32,000 nucleotides of DNA from Trichodesmium erythraeum IMS101 (GTDB lineage: Bacteria > Cyanobacteriota > Cyanobacteriia > Cyanobacteriales > Microcoleaceae): positions 120,001-152,000 of the forward strand of contig NC_008312.1 in NCBI RefSeq assembly GCF_000014265.1, in the 5' to 3' direction. Positions 31,305-32,000 of this stretch are shown here, piece after piece. Made by a program: the position numbers and the translations under genes. How positions within the stretch are numbered: the stretch's first letter is position 1; every line of letters begins with the position of its first letter. Under the pieces are notes generated by a model. It saw nothing but the letters and a program-made list of their open reading frames with translations, did not search any database and had not been told where the DNA came from.

Positions 31305-32000
31305 GGTAGTCCTGTATATGTAGTGATAAAATTACAGTGAAGCGATCGCTTCATTATAATGATTAATGAAATACCAAATAGCTCCTAGATGGGACCGAAG
31401 CTTTTTAGAAAAGGATAAAGTCTTTCTGACCAACCGAGAAATTCTTTGACGCAAAGTATTATTCAATCTTTCTATATAAGCTGTTAAACCTGAATATTCC
31501 CCACTGATTTATGTCTCTCTTCAGGAAAGACAAGCTCGTAAGCTGACCAAAAATCTGTATAACAAACTGCACACGGCCTTAAGACACCGTGGGTTAGAAT
31601 TCCATAATCTATGCTGCCCCTTTTTCTCCTCTTTCCCCTAAGTAAAAACCCACAATTTCTTTAGTTTCTATATCAATCGCTAACCACAGCCATTGTTTAT
31701 TATTTTTATTGCCTACAAATGACCACATTTCATCACATTGAATGGTGAGTTTACCTGTTTTTTTTTAGTACATTTAATAGAGCGTGAAACCTCAGCATAC
31801 TTATTATTGACGTAATTCTGGAGCCATTTTTCTGACACGCCTGTTACACGGGTTATACCAGCTAAACTAATTTTTTCTCTATTTTAATTTATCAATAAGT
31901 TCTTTGGTTTCATTACTAATATAATCTCTTTGACTATTTTCGACAAATTGTCTCTGACAATTTTGACATTGATATTTTTGTTTTTTGTTGTGAATAGTCC
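31305..32000 (-). mobile_element. IS1-family element (partial, runs off the window), transposase frames broken
   Basis: Terminus GGTAGTCCTGTATATGTAGTGATAAAATTAC resembles the 22601 terminus. Minus-strand reading gives QKYQCQNCQRQFVENSQ, LAGITRVTGVSEKWLQNYV, and CDEMWSFVGNKNNKQWLWLAIDIETKEIVGFYLGERR. It continues with VCYTDFWSAYELVFPEERHKSVG, YIERLNNTLRQRISRLVRKTLSFSKK and WYFINHYN, with frameshifts between the pieces. Confidence 0.7.

Overview
Visibly AT-rich cyanobacterial chromosomal window. The HIP1 octamer GCGATCGC occurs at least 13 times. Gene content fits a filamentous Nostocales-type cyanobacterium: light-dependent protochlorophyllide reductase, a VKOR-thioredoxin fusion, and an aspartokinase with duplicated ACT pairs. 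I can support 13 intact-looking CDS. In order they are aspartokinase (3' part), an FHA-kinase-like protein, an EgtD-like and an EgtB/OvoA-like thiohistidine pair, DUF427, an HNMT-like methyltransferase, an APC permease, a serralysin-like metalloprotease with two Calx-beta domains, pirin, VKOR-Trx, a small secreted protein, an Ap4A phosphorylase and LPOR. By my coordinates these cover only about 44% of the window. About 21% is insertion-sequence material. That comprises three copies plus two terminal fragments of an IS903-group (IS5 family) element, two decayed IS1-family elements, and one decayed IS4-family element nested in an IS1 relic. The rest is ORF-free AT-rich DNA in which several gene relics are still readable (Rpn/PD-(D/E)XK, a 2OG-oxygenase-like relic, an FG-GAP/RTX relic). 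I found no rRNA, tRNA or CRISPR array. Four things seem most worth a second look. (1) The thiohistidine genes pair an OvoA-type sulfoxide synthase lacking its methyltransferase domain with a nearby stand-alone HNMT-like methyltransferase, DUF427 and a permease. (2) The FHA-kinase has lost the HRD and DFG aspartates and is a predicted pseudokinase. (3) An exact 9-bp IS903-type target duplication is split between two IS copies 15.6 kb apart, which implies an IS-mediated circular permutation of the segment between them. (4) The IS4-like element has ~145-bp terminal inverted repeats, each ending in a GC-rich 18-20 bp hairpin. I cannot show that any of these is a genuinely new system. All functional calls come from motif recognition by eye, with no database search.
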